NCBI GenBank assembly: GCA_030704615.1
Contig: CM060731.1
Coordinates: 29,078,001-29,142,000, forward strand
From: Takakia lepidozioides
Lineage: Eukaryota; Plantae; Bryophyta
Length of the DNA stretch: 64,000 nt
Reading direction: 5' to 3'
The notes below the pieces were generated by a model, which did no database searches, was not told where the DNA came from, and saw only the letters and a list, made by a program, of their open reading frames with translations. A program made the translations under genes and the position numbers. Of the stretch, positions 1 to 12,660 are shown piece after piece (positions within the stretch are counted from its first letter, which is position 1; every line of letters starts with the position of its first letter).

Positions 1-2668
1 GCCATGGACCTCTTTCCCCTAAGCTGCCAGGGCAGTGTTCAGATTGACATTTGGCACAATTCCAACTTTGATGATATCCCCATGCACCTCTTGCCCTTCT
101 CCAGGCCGGCTGCCAGGCTTGCACAAGCATTGCAAATGCACACAAACATGATGTGCTTCCCCCATCATTTGCTCATAGCTCTCCAAAGCCTCCATCCCAC
201 GTCCCTGCCGTGCATACCATGCAAGCATTGCACTCCACGACACCACATGTCGTTCAGCCATAGTGTCGAACACTCCCTTTGCATCCTAGATGCACCCACA
301 TTTTGCAAACATGTTCACCAGGGTTTTGTTCAGAATGACATGTGGTACAATAATAACTCTGAAGATGTCGCCATGCACCTCTTTCCCTAAGCTGCCAGGG
401 CAGTGTTCAGATTGACATTTGGCACAATTCCAACTTTGATGATATCCCCATGCACCTCTTGCCCTTCTCCAGGCCGGCTGCCAGGCTTGCACAAGCATTG
501 CAAATGCATACAAACATGATGTGCTTCCCCCATCATTTGCTCATAGCTCTCCAAAGCCTCCATCCCACGTCCCTGCCGTGCATACCATGCAAGCATCGCA
601 CTCCACGACACCACATCTCGTTCAGCCATAGTGTCGAACAATCCCTTTGCATCCTAGATGCACCCACATTTTGCAAACATGTTCACCAGGGTTTTGTTCA
701 GAATGACATGTGGTACAATAATAACTCTGAAGATGTCGCCATGCACCTCTTTCCCTAAGCTGCCAGTGTAGTGTTCAGATTGACATTTGGCACAATTCCA
801 ACTTTGATGATATCCCCATGCACCTCTTGCCCTTCTCCAGGCCGGCTGTCAGGCTTGCACAAGCATTGCAAATGCATACAAACATGATGTGCTTCCCCCA
901 TCATTTTCTCATACCTCTCCAAAGCCTCCATCCCACGTCCCTGCCGTGCATACCCTGCAAGCATCGCACTCCACGACACCACATCTCGTTCAGCCATAGT
1001 GTCGAACACTCCCTTTGCATCCTAGATGCACCCACATTTTGCAAACATGTTCACCAGGGTATTGTTTAGAATGACATCTGGTACAATTCCAACTCTAAAG
1101 ATGTCGCCATGGACCTCTTTCCCCTTTTCCAAAGCTGCTAGGGCAGTGTTCAGATTGACATTTGGCACAATTCCAGCTGTGATGATATCCCCATTCACCT
1201 CTTGCCCTTCTCCAGGGCTGCCAGGCTTGCACAAGAATTGCAAATGCACACAAACATGATGAGCTTCCCCATCCTTTGCTCATAGGTCTCCAAAGCCTCC
1301 ATCCCACGTCCCTGCCGTGCATACCCTGGACCAGCATCGCACTCCACGACACCACATCTCGTTCAGCCATAGTGTCGAACACTCCCTTTGCATTCTAGAT
1401 CCTAGATCCCTTTGCACCCACATTTTTGCAAACATGTCCACCAGGGTATGGTTCAGAATGACATTTGGTACAATTCCAGCTCTGAAGATGTCGCCATGGA
1501 CCTCTTTCCCCTTTTTCCAGAGCTGCCAGGGCAGTGTTCATAATGACATTTGGTACAATTCCAGCTTTGATGATACCCCATGCACCTCTTTGCCCTCGTC
1601 CAGGCTTGATGCACCCACATTTCGCATACATGTCCACCAGGGTATGGTTCAGACTAACATTTGGTACAATTCCAGCTCTAAAGATGTCGCCATGGACCTC
1701 TTTCCCCTTTTCCAGAGCTGCCAAGGTAGTGTTCATATTCACATTTGGTACAATTCCAGCTTTGATGATATCCCCATGCACCTCTTTGCCCTTCTCCAGG
1801 CCGGCTGCCAGGCTTGCACAAGCATTGCAAATGCACACAAACCTGATGTGCTTCCCCCATCATTTGCTCATAGCTCTCCAAAGCCTCCATTCCACATCCC
1901 TGCTGTGCATACCCTGCAAGCACATCATATCGCACTCCACGACACCACATGTCGTTCAGCCATAGTGTCGAACACTCCCTTTGCATCCTAGATGCACCCA
2001 CATTTTGCAAACATGTCCACCAGGGTATTGTTCAGATTGTCATCTGGTACAATTCCAGCTCTGAAGATGTCGCCATGCACCTCTTTCCCCATTTCCAAAG
2101 CTGCCAAAGCAGTGTTCGATTGACATTTGGCACAATTCCAGCTTTGATGATATCCCTATGCACCTCTTGCCCTTCTCCAGGGCTGCCAGGCTTGCACGCA
2201 CATTGCAAATGCACACAAACATGATGTGCTTCCCCCATCATCTGCTCATAGCTCTCCAAAGCCTCCATCCCACGTCCCTACCGTGCATACCCTGCAAGCA
2301 TCGCACTCCACGACACCACATCTCGTTCAGCCATAGTGTCAAACACTCCCTTTGCATTCTAGATGCACCCACATTTTGTAAACATGTTCACCAGGGTATT
2401 GTTCAGAATGACATTTGATACAATTCCAGCTCTGAAGATGACGCCATGGACCTCTTTCCCCTTTTCCAAAGCTGCGAGGGCAGTGTTCAGATTGACATTT
2501 GGCACAATTCCAGCTGTGATGATATCCCCATGCACCTCTTGCCCTTCTCCAGGGCTGCCAGGCTTGCACAAGCATTGCAAATGCACACAAACACGATGTG
2601 CTTCCCCCATCATTTGCTCATAGGTCTCCAAAGCCTCCATCCCACGTCCCTGCAGTGCATACCCTGGA
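1..2668 (-). repeat. Tandem array of a degenerate PLS-class PPR gene fragment (unit about 368 bp, roughly 7 copies, probably continuing left of the window)
   Basis: 'ccctaagctgccag' recurs at 17, 385 and 753. The minus strand translates to PPR P/L/S motifs (MFDTMAERDVVSWSAM..YARQGRGMEAL, GKEVHGDIIKAGIVPNV.LNT.LVNMFAKCG). The unit length is not a multiple of 3, so no continuous ORF exists. Confidence 0.9.
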
Positions 2669-3340
2669 CCAAGCTGACTCTCCCAAGAACCTTGTAAACA
2701 TCAGCGAGGACTTAAGTGCGCAGCAGCGATAGGGCTTAGTGGGGCTTAGTGCTTGAGGGGAAAAAAAAAACATCGCATTGGTCCATGAGAACCACCATGG
2801 TGCAGCTAAGCGAGCAGAGATTGAAACACGACCTGCTAAGACCAAGCTGACTCTCCCAAGAACCTTGTAAACATCAGGAAGAATACCAAATCATGGTACT
2901 AACAGGAGCCCAAAAGCCCACATTTGCAGGATGGACAAACTTCTTCACATCCTACATTAAGAAAAAGCCACACCTTGCGATTGCGATTGTCCCATCATCA
3001 TGAAGGATCGTAAAAAACTCATGCGAGCTTTGCTCCGTGCTGCAAATTCAAGGCCGAGTCTAATGGGAGGGCAAAACAGGCTGAAATAGGTCGAAGAAGA
3101 AGGTGCCCTAACCACATTGTCGTCAACCTTGTGTCATGACCCATGGAGGATTTGACAGACCATGAACCCAAACGGACCTCTTGTGTGTGTTGCTTGTGTC
3201 TGTAGTCAGGTAATGTCGGATTGTCCATGAGAACCACCACGGTGCAGCTGAGCGAGCAGAGATTGAAACGCGACCTGCTAAGACCAACCTGCACGAGGAC
3301 TTAGTGTGCACAACAACGATAGGGCTTAGTGGGGCTTAGT
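2669..3340. repeat. Dispersed repeat block, internally duplicated and permuted; homologous to 50118-50489
   Basis: 'ccaagctgactctcccaagaaccttgtaaacatc' and 'gggcaaaacaggctgaaatagg...gaccaa' are shared with 50118-50489. Confidence 0.85.
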
Positions 3341-3346
3341 GCATGA

Positions 3347-3428
3347 GGGGGAAAAAAACAACGCGAGGAGTTTGAACCCGCGACCTCGCGACACGCAGGA
3401 GGAGCCCTTACCAATACGCTACATGCAC
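3347..3428 (-). mobile_element. tRNA-derived (SINE-like) element
   Basis: Minus strand has box A-like TAGCGTATTGG, box B-like GGTTCAAACTC and then a T-run. No convincing cloverleaf. Confidence 0.5.
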
Positions 3429-3669
3429 ACATTTGAAATTTCCCCCCAAAAGTATGTATATATTGTATATACGTGATGGGCAACTTTTTAAGTTTTTTTA
3501 ACCTTTTCACAAACCCTATCAGCAATTTTTTTTTTAATTTTAATAAATAAATTTTAAGGGAAACCGCATGCCCTTGAGGAGGGGGAAAAATTAACCCCCT
3601 TTCATTTATGGGCCATGAGACCTACAGGAGGATCAACGCCCAGACATACCGTCGTCACAAACAATCCCA

Positions 3670-3745
3670 CACATGGAGTCATGCAGCGGGATTGAACCCT
3701 GAACCACCAGGGCGACACACTCTGCACTTACCAGCCGATGTGCTT
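3670..3745 (-). mobile_element. Second tRNA-derived (SINE-like) remnant
   Basis: Minus strand has box B GGTTCAATCCC with a degenerate box A (..CGGCTGGTAA). Confidence 0.4.
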
Positions 3746-3794
3746 CATTTAAAGCTTTTGCACTTTGATTTTTTTTAAAAAAAATTCATTTTAG

Positions 3795-5404
3795 TGGTTA
3801 CAAGTGAGCACATAGATGTATTCCATGGAGATAAACAAAACTGTTCATCCGGTGTCTTCACGGTGGATGTATCCTATGGAGCGTTACATGAAAGATCTTA
3901 AGGGATACGTTAGGAATTACGCAAAGCCAGAAGGGAGTACGGCTGCAGGGTATGTTCTGGATGAGGCCATGGGGTTCATGACTGAGTATATGCAATCATT
4001 TGATGCAACTCAACAGCGGACTTGGGATGCAAATGCGGAGGAAGGGGTTGAGGACGAGGTCTTCGAAGGTGTCGGCAAAAAGCGGGACATGACTGGAGCT
4101 GGGAGAAATGCAGCACAAATTTTGTATTTGTTGAACAATACCAATGTCATGGCTCTTTGGGCGCAGTGAGTACTTCTTTTCATTGCACCTTATTCATATC
4201 AAGTTCAATTTCAATGCTGATTGTCACCAGTGTAATCAGACCACCCACAAAGTCACAAATGTCAGTGGTTCATCCTGATTATAACCAATGCTGTAGTAAC
4301 GGAATGTCTGAGTGAGTGACTTGTTGGAAGAGCATGTTCATTTACAAGTCATTCTGCTCACTCCTCCAGTGGTTTGAAACAGTGGTTTTCAAAGTATCAT
4401 TCATGCTAGGTATTTTTTGCTAAGTAATGCAATACTTCATTGCTAACATGTGTCATTCTTGTTGCCATTTTGTGACAAAAAGTATGCAACAGAGAAGGCA
4501 CAATTCACAGCAGACAGAGAGGCATGTGGTGATGAGTGGCGTGCTAATCGACGTCTACCTTATCAGATCAGCCAATACCTAGGTCATTAGATGGTCCCAC
4601 GGCTCTAAATAAAGAAGACCTGGCTATGTTGGCTACCATTCAAGCGGCATTTGTGCAACCAACCGCTATTCCAGTTGAGCAAAGTGATTCAGAGGGTGAC
4701 GAATATGTTTCAGATTCAGAATAAAATTTATTGTTGGAACCATTTGTTCAATAGCATCATCCCACAATGGTCTGGCCACTTGTCTGTTTTTCAAAGTCTG
4801 TCACAGCTGCACAAACCACTTAAAGTTTTTCATGTATCACCCAAAAAGTGGTACCAATCACTGTTGTGTAGGCAACCACTCATGAGCAACCACTAGCATA
4901 GTGCTTCCAATTACTGCAGTATCTTTCACCATCCACTCTCACCACTGTCAAAGTGGTACAAATCAATGAGGTGTCTTTAACCACTCAAGATCAACGTGCA
5001 CTGTCCCCGTCCACGTGGAATATTATATTTATGAATTAAAATATATTTCCAAATAATAAATCACAAATAAAATTTGAATTATTACACGTGGAGTAGTAAG
5101 TGGTTTCAACCACTTCCCATCACTGAGGTGTCTATAACCACTCACAATGTACCACTGCATTCGTCCACGTGGAATATTGTATTAATTAATTAAAATATAT
5201 TAGCAAATAAATAATAATAAATAATAATAAATTATTACACGTGGACTACTAAGTGATTGAAACCACTTCCAACCACTGTCTGTGATGCCACCGTGGGATT
5301 TCATTGGGATTAACCACTGGCAAGTGGTTACTAGTGGTTTATAGAGTGGAAAAAGACAGTAGTGGTTAAAGGGCCAGTGGTTATTCCACGTTTTTCTTCT
5401 AGTG
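3795..5404 (+). mobile_element. CACTA/En-Spm DNA transposon, 3' portion with terminal inverted repeat
   Basis: ORF 3816-4169 has the TnpD/DUF4218-type motif (PV..RWMYPMERYMKDLKGYVRNYAKPEGS). Subterminal ACCACT/AGTGGT repeats are dense. The element ends in ...tttttcttctagtg (reverse complement CACTAGAAGAAAAA) at 5404. Confidence 0.88.
3816..4169 (+). pseudogene. CACTA transposase (DUF4218-like) fragment
   Basis: RWMYPMERYMKDLKGYVRNYAKPEGSTAAGYVLDEAMGF. Confidence 0.85.
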
Positions 5405-6198
5405 AATGGTTTGTAACATGGCTGTGTTGTTATCATACATCTTCTATATGACATAAGGTCCTTTCCATGGTGCCTTCATCAAATTGATCCTTCCTCTTCA
5501 TCTGAATTCTGGTCATGTTATCTGCTGCATCAGCACGTACTTCTTCCACATGATATAATTCATGTTTCCTGACTTAATTGAATCCTCCAATTCCATTCTC
5601 CTTCCCCATTCATTCTCATGGTAGGTAACAAGAACTCCACTGGAAGTAAAAGCTTCCATACCATAAACTAATTGGAATGGTGTATACTTGGTTGTGACTT
5701 TAGATGAAGTTCTGTATGACCACAAAGCTGTCAGAAGCTTTGTATCCCAATCTGTTATGTTTGCATTGACTATCTTTAGCCAAGATAGTGCATAGTATTT
5801 TGTTTGTGGCCTCTGCCTGCCCATTACCCTATGGGTAATAGGTTGTACTTTTCCTGTGCACAATCATGAATTCGTTAATCAGTAGTTCTATAGTCTCGTT
5901 AATGAAGTGACTTCCCTGGTCACTAATAAATTCCAGAGGACAGCCAAATCTTGTGAGTATGTTCTCATACATGAACCTTGCTGTGGACTTAGCTGTGTTG
6001 TCCCTCAGAGCTTTAGCTTCCACCCACTTTGTAGTATAATCAGTTGCTGTGATTATATACTTGTTCTGTGTATTTCTGGCTGGTGGGTTAATTGGTCCAA
6101 CAAAGTCTAGTCCCCATTTCTAAAATGGTTCAGTAGGCATCGTAGGATGCAAAGCCATCTTCCCAAATCTCTGCAATGGTCCTAGCATCTGACACTCA

Positions 6199-6891
6199 TC
6201 ACAACTCTTGCAATATTTTGTGTACATCCTTGAACAAAGTAGGCCACCAGTAAGCTGCAAGTCGTATCTTTCTACTGGTAGTCTCTTCTTCAAAATGACC
6301 TCCAGCCACTCCTTTATGAACTTCCTCCAAAACTTTATTTACTTCATGGTGGTACAAACATCGTTTAAGAACTCCATCAGGTCCTAGCTTATACATTCTG
6401 CCCCCTATCATAGTGTAAGGTAAATCCTTGATAGCTATTCTCCTCTTCTGCTCCTTCCCATAACTAGGTAGGCACTGACCATGAGTAAGGTAGTATCTGA
6501 TTGGCCACTGCCAATCTAACCAATCATCTGCACTTTCCTGCACCTCCACTGCAAATAAACTCGCATCAGGTAGTTGGTCGTCTACTCCCGTGGCGGGCTC
6601 TCCTGTTGATAGACGTGACAAGTGATGTGCCACAAGATGCAAACGGCCAAGCTTGTAAACAACTTTGAACTCAAACTCGTGCAAGATTATTAACCATCTT
6701 GCTATCCTGCCACTTATCAAAGGCTTGTTCACCAGATAAATCAAACCCTGATGATCCACATAAAACATGAACTTCCTTCCCAATAAGTAATGCCTGAAGT
6801 TCTCGACTGCATAAATCATTGTCAATGCTTCTCTTTCAGTTGTGCTATAGTTCTTTTCAGCACTGTTCATCAACCTGCTAGCATAGTACAC
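6199..6891 (-). pseudogene. Gypsy RNase H / integrase zinc-binding region
   Basis: ORF translation: NYSTTEREAL..FYVDHQGL..RIARW..H..GGHF..YWWPTLFKDV. Confidence 0.9.
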
Positions 6892-9800
6892 AGGTGAATC
6901 TATGTTTCCTGTAACATTTGGGCTAACACTGCTCCCAATGCTTCTCCTGAGGCATCACAGTGAATATGAAATACTACATGCCAATGAGGGTTAATCAGCA
7001 CAGGTGTAGTTGTTACTGACAATGTAAGTTCCTCAAAAGCCTACTGATATTCAGCTGTCCATGCAAACACTGCATCTTTCTTCAGAAGCTTGCTCAATGG
7101 TGCTGTTATCTGTGCATACCGTCTGACAAATCTTCTATAATAACTGGTTTGTCCAAGGAATCTCCTTAGACTCTTAACATTCCTGGTGGTGGAGAGCTTA
7201 ATAGCCTCTGTTTTCTAGGATCCACAAGCAGTCCCCTCTTACACACAATGTGTCCCAAAAGTACCCCTGAGTTCACACAGAGAAAGTACATTTTCTGGAT
7301 TCAGGCCCAGACCTCTCATCCTGCATCTGGCCAAACATAACTCCAATTTATGCAAGTGCTCATTCCTAGAACTGTACACACTGAAGTCATCTAAGAACAC
7401 ATGCATGAAATCATCCAGATACTCATGGAAGATTCACTTATCACTCTTTGAAAAGTTTGCTGGTGGTGCATTACAAAGTCCAAAAGGCATGACTTTGTAT
7501 GCATAAGCACCCCCAGTCTGATGATGAAAGCTATCTTTCCCTGGTCTTCTTCTACCACTTGCACTGGTTATACCCACTGAAGCCATCCATGAATGAGGAC
7601 ATCTCATGGCCTGCCACAGTGTCCAGCACCGCTTCTGTGAATGGCAAAGGGAAGGGATATTGCTTGGTACAAGCATTCAAATCTTATAGTTCACAAAACT
7701 CTCAGTTTACCATTCTTCTTGGGAACTATCCACAAGGGTGACAAACCATGTTGTATACTCTATCGGTATATGAACTTAGCCTAACCAACTTCTTGATCTC
7801 TTCTCCAACCTTCTGTGCTAGTTGGATTCATCTGTACCTTGCCTGTTTGATTGGTACTGACCCTGGTTCCAGTTCAATCTATGTTGACAGATCTCAGGTG
7901 GTATCCCTTTGAGATCCTCATAGCTCTAAGCAAATACATCTCTGTATTTGATGAACAGACTCTTAGCTCCTCAAAGAATTATGGCTCCAAGTCGCCCCTA
8001 CTTCACATTTTCTCGTTCCTCCCCAGTTCTGCATTCACTTCTCTCACCTGCTCATCAGCGTGATTGGCCAACCAATCACTACTTCATCCTGTAAAACTCA
8101 CAGTGGCTGGTCTTCTAGGATTTTCCATTTCTCCCTCTCTTCTTCATAGAAATGTGGTGGGAACTGCTGTTTCACCCTCAATTGGTGTTGTTATTATACA
8201 CCACAGCAGATACCTTTTTGAACAACTTAGGCCTTCCAGTTGCATTTCTGCAACCTGCTCCCACTCGGGTTGCAGCGAATAGGGTAGCTTCCTGCTCCTC
8301 ATCAAGTCATTCCTCCAGTCATACTCTCTGACTGCTCGAGGTCTTCTCGTAGTAGCAGTCTACTAGATTTCTTAGTGGTGATTTGTATCTTGCGCTCCCA
8401 TCATGCACAGTTTGTAACTGGGAAATTCCAGTCATGGAATACCCTGGCCTGTTTCAGCCATGGTCGACCCAGCAATAAAGAGTAAACTTCCATGACATCA
8501 TCCATTTTCAATACAGTCACTGTGATCTTAAAGATCATCTTTTGAATCTGTATCTTAACTCCTCTTATCTAAGCTAATGGCCTGAACCACTTCTTTGATC
8601 CGCCATTGTTACTGTGAATGGGGCTGGTTTCATTACTTAGACAAGCTTCTGCATTAATTGGTCTGTCATGATATTCACTCTAGAGCCTCCATCTATCAGT
8701 ACATCAGTCAGGTCTGTGCTTCCAATTCTCAATTGGATTACTGGCATAGAATCAAAGTCCATGACTGTTTCTCGCCCTTCCGGCTTCACATTATAACTGG
8801 TCACCTTGCTGGTTCATGCCTGTGTGCTATTGTCACATGGGCAATCTGATTGATTGCTTGATACAACCTATGCCTACAATGAGGTGCCACAGCTAATAGC
8901 TGTCCAATGGTAATCTCCGCTTTGGACTAGCATATTACTTCAGCCAATAGTCCCTCATTACCCTGCACTTGGGCACTTCTTTCTTCACTCATTTTCACTT
9001 ACTTCATCTTCTCTTTCGAATCAGAGGAATCTGCCATAGGGATATCAGTACTCTTCTGTATTTCCCTTATGGTATCAGTCACTTCCTTGTGCAGTTCCTT
9101 CTCATCTCTCCAAGCCTCATCATCTTCAGGCACATCACTGCCATTTTCATTATCATCATCGTCTCATCTACTGGAGGTATTAGTTTAGTTTTGTTCTGGT
9201 TACTATCAGTACTACTTCTGGTACAACATAGGCCAACCATGTGAGGCTGCCACCCACTGGGCCCTCATTCACATGAGCTCTCATCTCTTCTAGTTCTAAT
9301 CCAGAATGAACAGGAGGCCTTGCGATGTCCTGCCTGATTACAATAGTAAACACAGGTCTTCCGATTGGGTCCCGACCTTGATCTGCTCTGGGATTATTTC
9401 TATAATCTGATTCCCTTGCTGGTAATTCCCCCTTGGATTACACTGAGAGTTGCCTCTGGGATTGCCTTGCAATTCCCTCTTGGATTACCTCTCATTTCCA
9501 TACCATTGTTATAAAACACAAAAGCCCTTCCATAGTGGTCCTGATCATTGTTTCTTCTTGGCTGGGCTGCACTTGACTGCCCCTTACTTGCCTAGTTCTC
9601 TTGCCAGCGTTCTTCTGTTGTAGTAACAATTCTCAATAGAATGTTCATCCATTTGACAAATAGTACAGTGTTTCTCCTTCATGTGGCATTCAGTTGTGGT
9701 ATGGCCTTCATTTGGCATTTTGCCACACCAAACACCCTTCCTCCAAGGTTGCAGGCCCTCTATGGCATACTTCTTCAGGAATCTCCTCCAGTCTTTTCTC

Positions 9801-12477
9801 ATAGTTTTCCCTCTTCAACTTTTTCCTTTTCTTACTCTTCCTTTTGAGCTCGTGCTCTTCTTCCTCATGAATCCTCTTCAGAGTCCTCATAATCCCTTTT
9901 CCTTCTTCTGAGCATACCCAATTGCTCAATTCTGTTGGCTGTTTAAAAGGACTCTTCCACTGTATTATGGGGTAGCATATCCACTTTCTTTTTAATTTCA
10001 GGTCTTAATCCACTCACAAACCAGGTCTTCCTGTAACCCTGATGCTGGCACAACAGCCAACTTTTTCATCATCAATTCATCTTTTTCATGTACTCCTCAA
10101 CAATTCATGCTCTTTTGCTTTAACTATTGTAAACTCCCATGACACTTCATCCTCAGTTTGAGTGTCCTAAACCTGATTTCGGAATGCTAATACTAGGGCC
10201 ATCCAGGTTAGGAAATGATTTCAGGGATCTTGCATACCATTCACTTGCTTCTTTAAATAAGTGAAAATGGAAACAGTATAATCTTGGCATCATCGTCATT
10301 TTCATTGTTCCACAATACACATGTGGTCAAATTGGCGATGTGTACATCAGGATCCCATTTTCCTGCATATATTGGAAAATGTGGTTTTGCCCGTGTGGTT
10401 GTACGACATCTATGCCCTCACCCTGCCCCATGACAGGTTGCTGGTCCCCCTGCTGGTGCTGGGTCCTTGAGGACCTGATTGTAGTAGTGGTGGAAACTCC
10501 CACCAGGTGCTGGCCCCCCTGAGCCACTCCTTGCTACTGGCCCCACTATATTCACAGTATTCCCAGCTCCAGTTGCACTACTTCCACACTCCCTGTCCCC
10601 CAGAGCCAGATCCAGGCTGCCCGTCTGATCCCACTGAGCCGACACCTCGTTGGTCTGTGACCAAGTGCTCCACTTGATCTAGGTCCAATAGGTTGGGATG
10701 TCCTGGTTGTAGTCTCAACCTCAACATGTGGGTCTACTTCTCATACTCTTCATCTTCCAAATTTCTTCTCTTGTTTTCATCTTCCAAGTTATGCCCTTGG
10801 GTTTCTTCGTCTTCACTCATGTAACTCAATTGCAATGGTGTTGGAGAGTATGAACTATCCGTTGGCTCTGCCACTCCTCCCCTCCTTCTTTGTCTTCCGT
10901 TTTAGAAACTGGAGTTCCTGCTTTTGGTGTTCCATGCCAACTCTTATCAAAGATTTCTGTCAAATCTTTTATCCAGGGATGTACCTCAGATCTCTCCCCT
11001 CGTGGCTGATCTTCTTCCTGTACCAAATCCCTTAATCTTTCTTGTAAAGAATAAGAAGGAGTGGCATCCAACTCTGGTTCCTCCGGTATGGGTGATGTAC
11101 TCTTCGACCTTAATGGTGTGAGAGGTCCAGATGATTCTCCTATGTCTATTCCTCTCTCCCAAAGATATGGATAATTAGCTTTCAATAACTCTCTTTTTGC
11201 TGAATATCTGTGAAGTCTACCTTCTCTTTCATCACTCATGTCCCATGTCTTTCATATCTTCAATGAGGCAATAACCAAAACTCTCTTCCGTAGTATCTCT
11301 CGTATATGCCTGGGTTTCTTTCAAGCTTCAATGCGCCCTTGGCTATACTAGAAGTCTCTGTTACCATATATCCATATGACAAGCACGTCTGAAAAGCTAT
11401 TCTTGGTGTCAGTTTGATCCACATGATATCCTTAGGAATCCAATTCTTTACTAGTACCAACTCTTCATGAATGCACATGAGTGTAAACATTCACTTTCCG
11501 TTCCTCCCAGCCTTCAAACTCCACTCGTTTAATGGATGACAACGCTACCACATAAACCAGCGTTGGTAACCAACTTGCTCTCCCTCTATAGGCCACCTGA
11601 TAAATCTTTATCACTCCTTTCTCCAGACCCCACTCAGGATCTGCATCATGCACTCTCTTAAGAATGTTTTTTTTGCAACCGTCTGGCAATTCCAAGAATC
11701 TCTGAAAGAATTGCTTGGACAACCTTTCTTTCTCAGTTCCACAGGGAATTTGATTCACATCAAATTCTTTAATTCTCCAACCACCATGATCCCACCAGAT
11801 GCCTGTCACATCTGGTTGTTCTTGACCCAGTTCCCAGTATGGTCGCCAAATGTCGAGCGGCTTTTACTCACCCATCCCTTCGCTATCCGAGGTGGAAACT
11901 CCAAGATAGAAGAGTTGGATATCTCTAAGCACTCAGCCCGCTCAGAACAATCAGTCATGACCTACAGCTAGTGAATCATGGTTGTGCTTCCTATTTGTAT
12001 TCCTTCTTGCCTTCATGTTAGCAAATTATCTTACTGCGTATACTGAAGCATCAGATTGCTTCAGTATCTACCAGGTTCCATTCACTCATCCATTCATTCC
12101 ACAGCTTCACTCATGTCTCTCTACACAATGTGATTGTTTCGAATAAGTATCAGATTAAGATTTATCAAGTATCAGGCCGAAGCCATTGTGTCTTTAATTT
12201 GCTCTACAGTATCATTACAGCTTTGCATGTAACAAGCATCTACTGTTCATCTCTCCTCCTTCACCGTGCTCACCATCCTTGCTCCCGTTCTTGCTCTCTG
12301 CCCCTTCTCCTCCCGCCAATGTCCAAGAAGTGCCCCCCGTGAACTCCCCTATGATGCTTGCTCTGCCTATTTTATCTACAAGCTGTTCTAACCGCCTAAC
12401 TAACTAACTGTCACCTAAGAAATAAACACGTTCCCTCTGCAGATGTCATTCCCTGCCAATGATAACCGTTCCTATGT

Positions 12478-12660
12478 ACACTGTGACGGGCTGTGCCAAA
12501 CTGTGTCGGGTTGTGACTGTGCCAAGCTGTGACTGGCTGTGTCGGACTATATCGAGCTGTGATTGGCTGTGTGAAATTGTGTCGTGTTGTGTCTGACTGT
12601 GCGAAGCTGTGTCGAGCTGTGATAGACTGTGTCGGGCTGTGACTGGCTGTGTAAGCCTGT
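12478..12660. repeat. Degenerate minisatellite of about 10 bp (ctgtgtcggg/ctgtgactgg) in the probable 5' region or LTR of the Gypsy element
   Basis: Repeated ctgtg units at about 10-bp spacing. Confidence 0.7.

Noticed and set aside
1-2668. Functional PPR gene or CRISPR-like array
   Set aside because: Every unit is frameshifted and there are no unique spacers. It is a tandem duplication in eukaryotic DNA.
3347-3745. True tRNA genes
   Set aside because: A/B boxes are present, but I could not fold a proper acceptor or anticodon stem.
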